A program made the position numbers and the translations under genes. A stretch of 64,000 nucleotides of DNA from Callorhinchus milii. Lineage: Eukaryota. The stretch lies in NCBI RefSeq assembly GCF_018977255.1, contig NW_024704743.1, forward strand, positions 19,284,001 through 19,348,000, in the 5' to 3' direction. The notes under the pieces are model-generated. The model saw only the letters and a list, made by a program, of their open reading frames with translations, was not told the DNA's origin and did no database searches. Positions 26,158-40,682 of the stretch are shown piece by piece. How positions within the stretch are numbered: position 1 is the first letter of the stretch; every line of letters starts with the position of its first letter.

Positions 26158-28040
26158 AATTTTATATTATAAAATGGATTGAAAATACAGAAAACTGTAT
26201 TTTCTGTGTGAAATGTGGAAGGAGATCTGTCAATCGACTAACAAGCAGGTTCCTATTTGCTGTTAGGTAAACAGGTAAGGAAACTTGCCTAAGATTTTGC
26301 CCCACCTGGGAATCAAAACTGGGTCCTCTTGTTTGTGAGGTGAGTGCTCTAACCACTATGCTACGGGATTTCACATTGTTGGAAATAGAAAGGAAAAGGA
26401 GATTTAACCACTACAGAAACAATATTAATCTGTGCTTTCATTACTAAAATAATGAGAAAGTAATCCTAAGGGCAATTTTGCGGTATTTCGTAATGGATTT
26501 CTTAACTAAGGAATCTGCCAAATGTCCATGACATTGACTCATGGAAACATTCCAATTCAATCTATTTTTAAAGCAAGGTTCCCTTGAGCCGAAGTGATTT
26601 GCATGATATTCTTCCAGTCCCCACTCAGCATTCTTAATTTCTTAGTTCAGGAATCTATTTTTGGATTCCGAAATTCATTAAAAAATGTTGCAAAATTGAC
26701 TCTTTTTCTTGGACAATATTTTACAGCTACTTGAGTCCATCATCATAATTTCTCAATTTAATTCTGCTTCCCAGTATCTTGTTGGCATAAAGATGGGAGG
26801 GCAAGCTGATAAAGCTGGGAAAACAAACTAGTGGAATTCACGGTTTTAATACATAAAAGCATGAAATATAAAAGCCAAAGGCTAATGCTAACATTATATA
26901 AATCAGTAATTAGGCACAGTTGGATTATTGTATCTAACTTTAGGCACCTCAAGATAAGAAGGATGTCAAGACCATAAGAACGGTGCATAGAAGGTTAACA
27001 AGCATAACAAGGATGAGAGATTTTATTTATGACAAAATATGGGACAAAACTGGGATGTTTTCTCAAGAATATTAATAATAATCCTTGCATTATATATATA
27101 TTTAAAAAGGATCTCATAGTGCTTTACAGTATTTAATAGCACAGGATCTTTAACGTCCATCTGGACAACACTGAGTCATACTGAATACAGTTCCATGGGT
27201 GCCATTTGCCCTTTACTTGTCTCTCACCCAAATGACATTATTAATGGACAAGCCCAGATACTGAATGTTAGGATGCTATTCAACCACAGTGGACAATCAA
27301 AGACAAGTCTCGGCTGTCCTCACCAAATCTGCATACGTTTATTTTTGAACATGGGTCATGGGTAAGAACTGGAGCCCTGAGTGTTATTTTCCACTCACTG
27401 ATCTGCAGAAGGTCCATTTAAGCTACCCCCACTGAGGCCAGGTTACTCCACAAAGACTGGAGATCAAACCTGGGACATCCCTGCTCAGCATAACTCAGTT
27501 TCACCCCTAAATCATGACTTTATAATGTCTCTGGGGTCTACCATGATCTGAATGCTAAATATAGCATTCCTTTCATTAGATAGACACCTTAATCTCCTTT
27601 TAAAAAAATTAAAAAGGGTCAGAAGAAACGTGCAGATCTTTAAAGGCTGTGTACCTTCCTTTCATCCACTTTGAGCTGTTGGGATCAGGCTTTAAGAATC
27701 TAAGAATGTCCTATAGCTTAGTGGTTAGAGCACTCGTCTCGCAAGCGAGAGGACCTGGGTTCGATTCCCAGAATCTAATAATGTTTCCAACAGTCAATGA
27801 TGTTTAAATGAGATCACTTGGCTAGCCAGACTTCTCATCTTTTGGATTAACCTAATAAATCACAATAATTACCCTGTCATATAATTCTAAAATTCAAGTT
27901 AAACTTCGTAAAATAGTTCGTGTCACTGCATTTCACAGAGGGTCTACCACACAGGAGGCCATTCGGCCCACGTTTCTGTGCTGGAGCTTGCTCCCCCACT
28001 GGAGTAATCTATTCCAAATTCCATTCCTTTTGCCTTCAAC

Positions 28041-28955
28041 TACAAATACACAGCCACTACACTTTATAGTAAAATCCTATGAAATGTTTTGAAACACGCT
28101 CCCACCATGATAAGGCATTATATCAAATGTGAGGATTATTATTATTTTGATTAGCTGGCAATACTCTCATTGGAGTATGTGTAATGCACATGCTCATAGG
28201 AGATGGCATCAAGATTATTTTTGCTGATGGTGCGAGGGGTGGGGGGTGGAGGTTGTTGGAATAATAATACAATAATAATAATCCTTGCATTTGATATAGC
28301 GCCTTATCATGCCTTCGAGTTGTCTGAAAGCGCTTCACAGAATATGCTATAAAGTGAATTAACTGTATATTCGGTGGGCAAAACACGGGAATCACTTGCT
28401 CACAGCAGCATAGTTGTGGACTGAGTGACCACTTTATTACTATTAATTTTTTTTGAAAGAATTATTACCCCCGGAAAAGCGATCGGCCAATCGACTAACA
28501 ACTGGGTTATGGACCTGACTGCAAAACAACGTTGCCTTGTGGCAACCTTTTGCACATTCCTGTAGTCCAGTAGCTCAGTGGTTAGAGCATTCACCCTGCA
28601 AGTGAGAGACCTAGGTTCGATTCCCAGCAGGGCAAAACGTTGGCAAGTTTCCTTACTCCATACGTCTCTGTTTACCTAGCAGTAAGTAGGAACCCAGTTG
28701 TTAGTCGATTGGCGGATCGCTTTTCCGGGTTAATATTTCCTTCACACTTCCCCCTCCCCCACCACCCACCTCCCGCACCATCACCACAATAATCTTGATA
28801 GCATCTCCTATGAGCATGTGCAGTACAAGTACTCCCATGAGAGTATTGGCAGGTAATCAAAACAATAAAATCTTCACATTTCATATAGCGCCTTGTCATG
28901 GTGGGAGGGCACTTCACAGGATTTTACTATAAAGTGTAGTGGCTGGGTATTTGTA
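28041..28955. repeat. Inverted (foldback) duplication, arms 28041-28252 and 28750-28955
   Basis: The reverse complement of the right arm aligns along the whole left arm, including non-SINE sequence (aatactctcat..ggagta..tgcacatgctcataggagatg..atcaagattatt). Confidence 0.9.
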
Positions 28956-31192
28956 AGTCAACATGACAGACAATTTACACATAGCATTGTCCCACAAACA
29001 GCCATGAAGTAAATGACCAATTTTATATGAGGGATTGTTTGTTGAGAATCTGGAAGGAACTCCTTTCTCTTTTCAACTAGGACCATGGGATTTTTAACAT
29101 TTACTTGACAGTCACAGGTCATTTAACAGTCACACAGATCTCGGACTAATGCCTCACTTCCAGCAATCCAGTACACCTTTCGCTTTGCACTGGAGTATGT
29201 ACCTAGACTGTGAGCTTAAAGACATCTAACATTACATTTTTACAGCGTACCACTTGAATGCGATCTTGTGAGAGATGATGGGAGTTGTTTTGTCCAGTGC
29301 ACGCTGGTCCCTGCTGTATTAATCGACTTTCAAACCAAGTTAACCGATTAAGTAGTCAGTAAAGTTTGGAAAAATGGACAGGATATCAAAAGGATACATG
29401 GAAAGAAATTGCGGAAACAATTTTCAAAATCCATTAATTCTAATTCAACAGGCGCTTTTCACTTTGAGACATCTGACATTACCACACAGCCATTAGCAAT
29501 TCTCAATAATAAAATTCATCCAAGCATGTAACAGAAATACATTCGAAACTATGATGAAAATCTCTGAAATGCACTGCAGTCTCTTTTCACTGAATAATGA
29601 TATTTTCAGCCTCCTAGGATCTATAGGGTACTACAAAAATTCATTCACACAGCCAGCATGCTTCTGTTGTGATATCAAATTATAAAGAAAAAATTAAACT
29701 CAATACCAAACTATTTTGCAGGACAGTCAATGTATTTCTTATAAAAACAAAACTCAGTTAAACCATTTTTTTATAGCTTAAAAAAGCCAAATTTGATCAT
29801 AGTTGATTGTACATATTTGACATTTGATATTGATTAATTAAAAAACGACTGCAATTTCTTCTGCATTAAGCTGTATCTGCCTCCTCTCTGCTCATCCTAC
29901 GAAATGGTATGTATCCTCCTGCATTTTCTGCATTTTTCCTCATAGAATGTAATCTTAGAAGTTGACCTACCTTGGGCCATTTCTAAATAATTATTAAAAC
30001 TGTGTCTGTCATGCTTGTGATACATCCTGCACATTTACTAAATGTTTGAAGTACACTTTGACCAACGATACCAATTACATTTGGATAAAAGGATTTCAAT
30101 AGTTGGCATGGAAGCTCCTACCATCAATACAGAGTTTGTTAATTTATATAAAACTCATTTACATTTCTATAATTCATTTTGCCCACAGCTACAGAATTTT
30201 AATAACGAAGAGAAGCAAAATTGAATGTCATCATTTATTGGATGCTGTAATCTATTCTGCTAAGTATTCTTTTAAATGAGCAACACTCTTAAAATAATCT
30301 CTTAACTACTCACAAGAACAACTTTGGTTCTAAGAAAATAATTACTCCCTTCACTAAAGCAGATTGAAGCTAAACTCTGCAAGGCATCAACATACACACA
30401 CTTTCTCTCTCTCACACACACACACAGTGAATCAGATCTGCACACTACAGATAACACAAGGTGCAGTACAGAGCTGATGCAAGCCAATGGAGAATTCAGA
30501 GCAATTAATAGGATCTAATTTTGCAATATCTTTTATCTGGATTCACAGTAAGAGATACCTTAAATTAGAAATCCTGTTTACTTTGAGGTCATCTTAGTAG
30601 CTCAGCACTATTCTTCAACGCCCCAAAACACTATTCTGTATGAAAGGCACTATGTAAATGCAAGTTGTTTTTGTTGCTGCTGTTGTAATAAGGAATTTAG
30701 TTAGAAATCCCTTGGTCCCATAGAAACTCTGCTCAGGAGTAAACTGCATCATGATGGTCGGACTGAAGAACGTGAATGGAAGGAGCCCCATTTTCTCACT
30801 TCAGATTCCTTATTAAGAAATTTCTTCAGTAAAATACACCACCATCAACAACTTGCATTTATATAATGTCCTTAATGCTGGAAGCATCTAGGAACACTTA
30901 ACAGTGATGTGGTTTGATGCCGAGCTGGAAAGAGAGGGGAGGTAACCAAATGAATGGTTGATGAGTAAAGTCAGGTGTGATTTGAAGTCGAGCAAAGAGG
31001 CAACAAGAAGAAGGGATTGAGGCCGGGAGTTCCAGAGATTGGGGACGTAGAGGTTGAAAATATTGTAAATGAGACCCCCCTCACTGTTATTTATTGATTC
31101 CATTATTTGAACGGGATGGGGTAGTTGGAGTGTTAGTTTTGCTGATGGAGGCTTTTTTCTAGTTCCTCGATTGATACATAAATCCCTACTAG

Positions 31193-31429
<237 letters not shown>

Positions 31430-32254
31430 TGAAAATAACAGAGGTGAATTGAGCCATAAAATATTCATCTCAGGTGATGTATTTTCATTGGACTGAGAGT
31501 GGAAAAGAATCTAGCAGCTGACATTCCTATATTTGCTAATCTTATTAAAAGTACAGATGCACATAAACACAATACATTGCTTACAACAACTATAACAACT
31601 TGCATTTATATAGCAGCCCTCATGCAGTGTAGTGTCTCAGAACAAATGGTGCTCCATCAAAAATGACACAGAGCAAGATACATTAAAACATGCTTCTACA
31701 TATTATGCACTTTTAATGTATGTGCTTTGCTTCCACAGTTTCACTTTAAATATTGTGCCAGCCTAGCTCTTTGGTAGGACTTAGAAGAGCAGACCGACCA
31801 TTGGAGCAGGGTTTCTTCCTCCTTGACTTCTTTGAACCCTGCCAGTCAAAAACCAACAGATAGGCTTGTCCTAGCTGACAAGCAGTGGTAGCTTGACAGC
31901 AAGATATTGGTTGCTATATTTGTGATATTGAATCCTCCCCTAGATGAAGGAAAAACACTAATGCTTGGCTGCAAATGATTGCAGAATTGCAAACTGCAGT
32001 AATTTGACCTAAAATATTGAACTGATACGTTTTATGAATCAGTGAAATAGCATTATATTGCAAAAATCAAATCAGGAACATTGAACTTCATCAAAAATCC
32101 AATTCACTGCAAAGATCATATAACTGGTTTGTTCCAAAACCTATAAGAAATGTATAGAATGCTACTGAATGATGGAATTACTCGTGTTATAAATATGAAA
32201 CAATGATAAATCATAAGGATCTGTTATTGAAACATTTTCATTTTTTTTCTGCAG

Positions 32255-32408
32255 TTGGTAAAGTTTGCAATTTTCATAGAGGGAAGACTTGTGGTTGGAA
32301 ACAGCAGATAAACTCTTCAGCTGAAAATACCTTTCAGTGGCTCACCGGACAAGGATCCACTATCCACCCAAGTGAAGCGGATGACCGACCGTCCACAGAT
32401 CATACCAT
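32255..32408 (+). CDS. MALRD1: MALRD1 exon: MAM N-terminus
   Basis: ttttttttctgcAG|...AT|GTATGA; 154 nt, phase 1-2; GKVCNFHRGKTCGWKQ...FQWLTGQG...RPSTDHT. Confidence 0.92.
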
Positions 32409-33534
32409 GTATGAATTGTAGTTTAATTTAGCAGTGCAGTAATGTAATTGGTAACCTTGCTCTGCTACTTTAACGTTTCAGAGGAACAACACGGTTTAAA
32501 AGCAACAACTAATGTGTCTGCACCTCACTGCCACCACAAGTAATTGTGATCACGGATGAATAGAAGGAGTTTGGTTCAGATGATCGCGGAATACGTATTT
32601 TCTAAATGAACTAGTGGTCTGTTCCAAGAAGATAAGGAGTGAGTCTGCTGCAGCTACATGGTGAATGAGTGGTCTGGGTGTTATCAGACCACTAGTACGT
32701 TTAATAAGATCCACATCCCATACATTTGAATGGAATATGTTGGCTTCCAAATTGAAATTATCTTCTATTTTTCAATGTTGAGTATGTTGGAGCAAATCCA
32801 GTTGCCACAAAACTTCCATGAATATAAATGTTAGCGAGCTTATCATGATCAGCACATTGAAGGCTAATTTCAGGTGCTGTGTTTTTCTAATTGAACAAGT
32901 CTAATTGTTGCTATCCTCTGAGTAAAGACAACCACCCCCACATCTCTCACTTAAAAAAGCTATGATGAGCTGAATATCTGATTTCTCAGGTAGGACCTGC
33001 CACTTAGGTTTATTGCAAGTGAGAGACCTGGATTCGGTTCCTGGCAGGGTGAAACCTTGGGCAAGTTTCCTTATTCCACACTCCTGATAATAATCCCTCA
33101 AAAAAAACCAATAATAATTTGGTTACTCAATCCATGACTGTTTGTGGGACATTGCTGTGTGCAATTGGCTGCTGCGTTTTGCCCACAAATATACAGTCAA
33201 TTCACATTACAGTATATTCTGTGAAGCCCTTTGAAACGTCTAGAAGACGTGAAAAGTGCTATATCAAATGCAAGGATTATTATTATTATAAACTGGCTGC
33301 CGTGTTTCTTCCACAAAATACGCAATCTTTATTCTGTAAAGTGCTTTGAGATCTCTCGATGAAATGATAAGACACTATATCGAATGCAAGAATTATTATT
33401 GTATTATCACGAGATGCTGATCATCAAAATGAGGAAGTTGCTGTAGACTGTATCTGGTTTGCATAAAATCCCGAAGTTCTGATTTTGAACTCACAGTCTA
33501 AGATGATCCTCCAATGAGCTGGGAGTGTGCTCTA

Positions 33535-33892
33535 TTAATAAATAATACTCGCATTTGATTTAGAGCCTTAACACATCGTTGAGATGTCTCAAAGCACATC
33601 ACGGAATATACTGTAAAGTGAATCGATTGTATATTTTTGGGGCGAAATGCGGTAGTCAGTTACGCAGAGCAGTGTCCCACAAACAGTAGTTTGAGTGATC
33701 AAATTATTATTATTTTTGAAGGTATTATAACCCTCAGAAAGCAACCCGCCAATTGACTAACAACTGGGTTTCAACTTACTGCTAGTAAACAGAGGCACGT
33801 GGAGTAAGGAAACGTGCCTAAGGTTGCCCGGGAATCAAACCCAGGTCCTTTCACTTGCCAGGCAACTACTCTGACCAATACGCTACAGGACT
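33535..33892 (-). mobile_element. tRNA-derived SINE, long subfamily; abuts a + strand DeuSINE (33900-34172)
   Basis: Head ...cgctacaggac at ~33890; next comes Deu domain ggatgagacattaaacc...ggtggatgttaaagatcccatggcactattcga. Confidence 0.8.
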
Positions 33893-34639
33893 TTTGCCGC
33901 AGGTGCAGTCCTTTGGATGAGACATTAAACCAAGGCTGACTCTGCTTGTTTAGGTGGATGTTAAAGATCCCATGGCACTATTCGATAAAAGGAATTTCTC
34001 CCAGTGTCTTGGCCAACAATTCCCCAAATAAAATTTGGTCATTCACTTCATGGCTGTTTGTTACACATTGATGTGTGCTAATTGACTGTTGTACTTGCTT
34101 ACAAATTATATAATCACTATACTTTACATTCTCCCTATGTGTAAAGCACAATATCAAATGCAAGGATTATTTAGCACTTTTTAATTTTGCAGCTGGTTTT
34201 CTGTAAGTTATTTCTTTTAAATATTTCTTTTAAGAACTACAGAAAACAGGCTTCAAAATTAAAACTGAATTCAATAATTTGCCAAATTCTGTACATTCTG
34301 AAATGCTGGAGTAAATCTAGATTCAGGTCATAATTTCTATCCATATGTATTTGTCCGAGATTCCCTGTCTGCCTCCAGTTCACTGAGAATTCTATCACCT
34401 TTTGCTAACCTGTCAATATCTGCCTGTAGCTCCCTGCGCTCTTTATCACAGCTGACTGCTTCTAATTTAGCTTCATGCACAAATTTAATTCATTATTCCC
34501 TCAACTTCCAATCCAGATCATTGATATATATACAGAACTAGAGAGATCCTAACACTGGCAATCATTGACAAAATCCATAATTTTTTTTCCAAAAGGATAT
34601 ATTGGCAGTCACATCCCTGTTAAGGATGTGACTGCGGAC

Positions 34640-35445
34640 TGCAGACATCATCCGCCGACATGGGGTCAACTTCCACGTGTCTACGGATGACTCCCAACTG
34701 TACCTCTCTGCCTCCACCCTCGACTCCAGGACCACTGCTGTCCTGACAAAATGTCTGTCAGACATCAAGTCCTGGATGAGAGCTAACTTTCTTCAGTTGA
34801 ATGTCAACAAGACCGAGGCTCTCCTGATTGGCTCCCATCAGCACCTCCTCACCTCAGGCGCTGACAGCATCTCCATCCACATTTGCACACTTCACCTTAC
34901 TAAGCCACTCCAGATCCTTGGGGTCTTGTTTGATCCTCAACTATCCTTTATACCCCACATTCGGTGCCATGACATATTCTGCCTTCCCTCACCTGCACAA
35001 CGTCGCCCGGCTCCAACACTGTCTCACACCACAGGCCGCCGAAACCTTCATACACGCCTTCATTACATCGAGGCTCGACTATGCAAACTCATTGCTTGTC
35101 GGCCACCCCAACTCCTCCCTCCACAGGCTGCAGATCATCCAGAACTCTGCAGTCCATGTCCTCTCCCACACTATACTCCACGATCCTATCATCCCCAGCC
35201 TTGCCCAACTCCACTGGCTTCCCATCACACAAAGGATACAGTTCAAGATGCTGGTCCTCACCTTCAAAGCCCTCATGCTCTTGCTTCCCCCGACCTCTGT
35301 GACCTCCTAACCCCCTACCACCATGCTCACTCCCTACGCTCATCGGGCTCTGGCCTGCTTCACGTCCCTCGCCTCGCTCACCCCACTATTGGCGGGCGGG
35401 CCTTCTGCCACTCTTCCCCCACCCTCAGGAACTTCATCCCTTAGT
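34640..35445 (+). mobile_element. L2 LINE RT/3' fragment
   Basis: TDDSQLYLS...CLSDIKSWMRANFLQLNVNKTE; HAFITSRLDYANSLL. Confidence 0.9.
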
Positions 35446-37931
35446 CCCTCCTCCTCGTTTGAGTTTTATTGTGTGTATATGCATGATCCACCATTGTATT
35501 ATTTCTTAACAACAACAACAAAATTCCATTTGTATAGCACCTTTCGCAGCCTGTTATATTTTTACGCTTGTTTCCTCAATGTACTTTATTCATGTCCACA
35601 TTCTAGTGTCAGCCTGGCTCAGTTGGTAGGACTCCAACTCAGAAGGCTGCGGTTTCATGGCTTTGAACTCATATAGTCTAAGATAACACACTCCAATGTA
35701 GGTATAGGTATCAAGGGGAGTGGAGAAAAATGATCTGCCAAGGTCTAACAAACTGGTAGAGCAGACTTGATGGGCTGACTGGTCTCCTCCTAAACTAGTT
35801 TCCTTTGTTTCTATGTCCAGGTTCCCCAATATTATACAGCAAAAACTCTCCAAGCATTAATCACTGCCACTCAGATATCCTGCCATTGGATGATGGGATG
35901 ACACAGTGCTATTAATCCCAATTTAACATTTCCTGTCATCTGTGTTCTTCAAAGTTATATTTTCCGACAAATAATAAAAAAAAGGAAGAATCATTTCTCG
36001 TGGAATATAAGATGATTTTAACTCAGCTCAATTTCTTTTAAGTATACCAATGTAATGTTATGCTTTACTCCATCATTTTCTCCTCCTAATTAGTTAAAAA
36101 ATAGCATGTACTTAGGGAAAATGCTATTGAATGTCTTACCCTATTGTTGATGTACTGTAAAAACCTATTCAGAATTTATCGTTCCACAACCATATTGAAA
36201 TCCTGAAGCTGTCTATATTCAGCACGCTTCACATAAGTCATTGGCAAATGTAGTATCTTTGAAAAATGGTCTTGTTTTGTCCTGTAACTTATGTGAAACA
36301 ATATTGAAATTGCATTGAATCATTTTTGGAGGCTTCTTGATATTTTCAAGTGATGGTCAACTGGCCTCCTTTAACCTCTCCAAAATGTTTAGCAATGGAT
36401 TGAGTCAACCTTCTGTGGCGGTCTTGGTCATCTGGTTCCTGGTACTCCAGGCCACTGCTGATGACAGACCAACTTGTCTGACTCATTGGCAGGTCCTCAG
36501 AAAGCAGATTGGTCACTGCGATTAGGAATTCTTCTCCCTCAGCTCCAGTTACTACCGCAAGCCAAAATCTTAACAGGTAGGCTTTTCCTCGTTGGACAAG
36601 CAATGGGAACCATTGCTCCCATTGGGGAGAAAGTGCGAATTCCATTACAAACACAGGAATTTCCATTTGTAGGCAGCATATATTGGAACTCTGTCTGGTT
36701 TCGGTGCTCTTAAGCATGGTGATGTTTTTTTTTTTTGCATGTGTCAGAAACCTGACTCACCAAAAACAAGATCAGGTGAAATATCAACATAAAGATCCCA
36801 GGCTCCTTCCCATCCCCACCCACCACCCTGTGTGGCTGAGGCCAATTGTTCCACTCCCAATCAGTACCCTGTGCTGAGGGAAGCTGACACAACACAGATT
36901 GCAGATCAAGCCTGCGACTTTCCAATGATGAACAGTCCAACTGAGCCTTTAGAGCTACTGAATACAAATGTTGTAATTTAAAGACTCAAATATTTCAAAA
37001 TTGATCAATGGCTTAATTATCCCTTCAAAACAAAATGTTCATCTACAGTCTACACAGTCACTATACTTTCAGTAAATCCTGGGAAGGGCTTTGAGACACC
37101 TTGGTGACGTGATAAGGAGCTATGTCAAATGCAAGAATTACTAGAATTATCACTACATATTTTCCTGTTATTTTGAGATGTGAAAGATGCTCATTAGAAA
37201 CAAAAAACTGCAGAAATTGGTTCCAAATTTAGACTGAATTTAAGAATTTTCGAAACTTTTCAGCCATGTTGTATCTTAAGACAATGTTCTAAAGACCAAC
37301 ACCATGAGATCTTATTTGTCCTCCAACTGATATTGCCTTTCAGTCTTTAAACACTGACAGAGTCCTGCTGAATCATTCCCTTAAGACGAAAACCTCCCAC
37401 TGAGGTTAGCTGTTCATCAAAAGCATTCAGCAGACATGTGCTGATCATCTCAACGCTTCATGAAAGTTGGAATCAAAAATCAATGACAAAAATACTGTGA
37501 TTGATCACGCCAATAACCAATTGTATTATCACTGAGGCATCAATCAAGCTCAGAACTCCAATCAATGCTGTGTAAGGATTGGCCATTTTCCACATTGATT
37601 TCAGACTCTCTCTGCAGTACTTGAATTACAGTGACAGTCAAATCTATCCTCCCGGCCCATTGCTTCTAACGTGCCACACTTGGAAAGATACACAAGTAGA
37701 AAGTTCTCACGGTCCCTAAATCCAATCTACTTAGGGGGTTAATTGACACATCACACATGGTAAAATTTACCTCATAATGTGAGCAATTGAACCACCATGG
37801 TCGCAACCACTATTGACGGCAATAAACAAAAGAAGAAATTTGGCTGCCACGTTTGGCCTACAAAATACATGGTCAATTCAATTTACAGTATATTTTGCAA
37901 AGTGCTTTGACATGTCTTGACGACCTGATAA

Positions 37932-38165
<234 letters not shown>

Positions 38166-38389
38166 TGAATGGAGTTTCAATTGGGTCTATGTAGGTATAA
38201 TTACTCTAATTGTATTAAAACTTCCTTTTCATATACATGTTTTATATGTACTCATTTACAATAATGCATCGTCATTACACTTTCTAGCGAATCCTGTGAA
38301 CCAATTTCAGATGTTTTCATGGCATGAAAGGCATGATATCAAATGCAAGAATGATTTGTCATTATTATATATTATTTCCATTTTTCAGA

Positions 38390-38685
38390 TAAGACATTAA
38401 ACTAAGATCCCGTCTGCCTGGTCAGGTGGACATGAAAGAACCCATGACACTGTTCAAAAGAGAAGAGAATTTCTTCCAGTGTCCTGGCCAATAACCCCCA
38501 AACAAAATTGGTCATTCACTTCATGGCTGTTTGTGGGATATTGCTATGAACAAATTGGCCATGCTTTTTGTCTATAAACCACACAGTCACTATACTTTCA
38601 GTAAAATCCTTTTAAGTGTTTTGAAGCATCTTCCTGATCTGAAAAGTGCTATATCAAATGGAAGGATTACTATCATTATTATTTT
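38390..38685 (+). mobile_element. DeuSINE relic
   Basis: gacattaaactaagatcccgtctgcctggtcaggtggacatgaaagaacccatgacactgttc...cagtgtcctggcca (Deu-domain-like); similar copies at ~1700, 17330, 23290, 28860 and 58250. Confidence 0.75.
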
Positions 38686-38847
38686 CATTTTAGAGCATAA
38701 CTCTTTTCAGAATCGCATCAAATTCCAATGAATCCTCTGAGGTGTGGAACCCAGGATACCAATACACATATACAATTAGATCACAACAGACCTGAAATAT
38801 TAAGAAAAGATTTTCAAAAATTGTTATAGTCATTATTAAAAGAGCAA

Positions 38848-39168
38848 AATAATAATAATAATAATCCTTGGATTTGATATAGAGCTTTTCACGTCTTCTA
38901 GATGTCCCAAAGTGCTTCACAGAATATATTGTAAAGTGAATTGACTGTATATTTGTGGACGAACGCGGCAGCCAATTACGCACAGCAGTGTCCCACAAAC
39001 AGTCGTGGATTGAAAATGACCAATTTATTATTGTTTTTTTTGTTTTGGAGGGATTATTATTAGGCGTGTGGAGTAAGGAAACTTGCCCAAGGTTTCACCC
39101 TGCCTGGAATTGAACTCAGGTCTCTTGCTTGCAAAGCGAGTGCTCTAACCACTGAGCTACAGGACTCC
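38848..39168 (-). mobile_element. Young tRNA-derived SINE
   Basis: Near-identical to 3311-3638 and 25839-26157. Confidence 0.9.
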
Positions 39169-39399
39169 AAAAGTATTGGGATTGATTGCACGGTAACAAA
39201 AGAAATTCTTTAATAATCAAAATCCTTACTAGTGCCAATTTATTAGGCAGCTAATAAATGTTTCATTGCAGGAGTATTGAGATACATAGGATACAAAAAC
39301 TAACCTAAAATAAAGGAGAAGAAACGATGTCGGTGAGATAAAAACAATCTTTAAAATTGAAATAAGTGGGCTAATGTTTTATTATTTTGGTTCATTAAG

Positions 39400-39510
39400 G
39401 TCTTCATTAAATTTGATAAAGTGACACGGAAACTCTGGTCGCAAAGTGGTAGCCAGGGTAATCAATGGGCCCTGGGAGTGGTGTTCCTTGGAGTGCAGAC
39501 TTCTTATCAG
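39400..39510 (+). CDS. MALRD1: MALRD1 exon: MAM domain
   Basis: ttcattaAG|...CAG|GTTGGC; 111 nt, phase 0-0; VFIKFDKVTRKLWSQSGSQGNQWALGVVFLGVQTSYQ. Confidence 0.9.
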
Positions 39511-39899
39511 GTTGGCACTCTTGACTTTTATTTGTACAGTATTTCCATTTTTGAATGCAAACTATAACTAATTTGTTGACACTTAATGTAAAAGAATCCC
39601 AATCATTCTTATAAGTGTGAGCCTGTTCGGTGATTAACTTATCGGGACCCTTCTCAGGACTTCCCTCCACAATCCACTCTTTATCTATAACCACAAAACA
39701 AGGGTTAAGATGCGAAGATTTGTAGCAGGCATCGCGAGTAGCAGTTCGGATGATGTATTCACTCCAGCAATCTCCTTCACTTGCACAATACCAACACTTG
39801 TCAGTACAAATACACATTTCACATCAACAGACAAGAACTCTAGTAACCTAGATCACTTCGGAGCAGAGTTCCTGTGAATCAGTGTGATGTAACTAAGAA

Positions 39900-40592
39900 C
39901 TGCAGAAGACCAAAGGAATTTGGGTATCCACATACACAAATCACTAAAAACAAGCTCACAGGTACAAACAGTTAACAAAAAGCCTGATGGGATGTTGGCC
40001 TTTATCTCAAGGGAGCTGGAATATAAAGGAGAGGAAATGATGCTTTAACTGTATGGAGCCTTAGTCACACCCCATCTGGAGAACTGCGTTCAGTTTTGGG
40101 GACTGCACCTCAGGAAGGATACATTGGAAGGGGTGCAACGCAGATTCACAAAGGGCTTAAATTATGAGAAGAGGTTACATAAATTTGGTCTCTCTTCCCT
40201 TGAGTTTAGAAGGTTCAGGAGTGATCTAATGGAGGTTTTCAAAATAATAAAATGATTCGATAGGGTAGATATAGAGAAACTATTTCCTCTGGTGGGGGAA
40301 TCCAGAACAAATGGGCATCATTTTAAAATTAGAGCTATGCAATTTATGAGTGAAATCAGGAGGCAGTTTTTCGATCAAAGGGTAGTGGAAATCTGGAATT
40401 GTCTCCCCCAAAAGGCTGTGGATGCTGATCCGTTCACATTTTCAAGACTGAGGTGGATAGATATTTGTTAGGTTAGGTCAAAGGGATATGGGGCAAGGGC
40501 AGGTAATTAGAGTTGAGGTAGAGATCCGCTATGATCTTATAGAATGGCAGAACAGGCTCAAGGGGCTGAATGGCCTAATCCTGGTCCTATGT
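39900..40592 (+). mobile_element. CR1 LINE 3' fragment; its tail continues at 46421-46431
   Basis: CR1 RT C-terminal DNA (ggaatataaa..tgcgttcagttttgg..aggaaggata) and 3' end aggggctgaatggcctaatcctggtcctatgt. Confidence 0.88.
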
Positions 40593-40619
40593 CATTCGGG
40601 AGCGGAGTCAAGAGAGCGC

Positions 40620-40682
40620 GGGGCGGAGCCGAGGCCTAGCAGCGGGTATTAAAACCCAGCCAGACGAGGAGCCACTCATTCG
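40620..40682 (+). promoter_or_regulatory. Putative Pol II core promoter at the 5' end of the insertion (GC box, TATA-like box, Inr)
   Basis: GGGGCGGAGC 40620-40629; TATTAAAA 40647-40654; Inr-like TCATTC with its A at 40678, 31 nt after the TATA start; TGACGTCA (CRE) at 40752-40759. Confidence 0.5.

Noticed and set aside
28262..28735. Single twin-primed (5'-inverted) SINE insertion
   Set aside because: About 50 nt of unrelated sequence separates the two parts and no TSD is evident; two insertions or a later rearrangement explain it equally well.
36346..36717. 123-aa minus-strand ORF in non-repeat intron sequence
   Set aside because: No recognisable domain and no convincing splice structure; not needed for MALRD1 phase continuity.
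39407..39817. 136-aa antisense ORF overlapping a MALRD1 exon
   Set aside because: No recognisable motif and a non-ATG start; consistent with chance.
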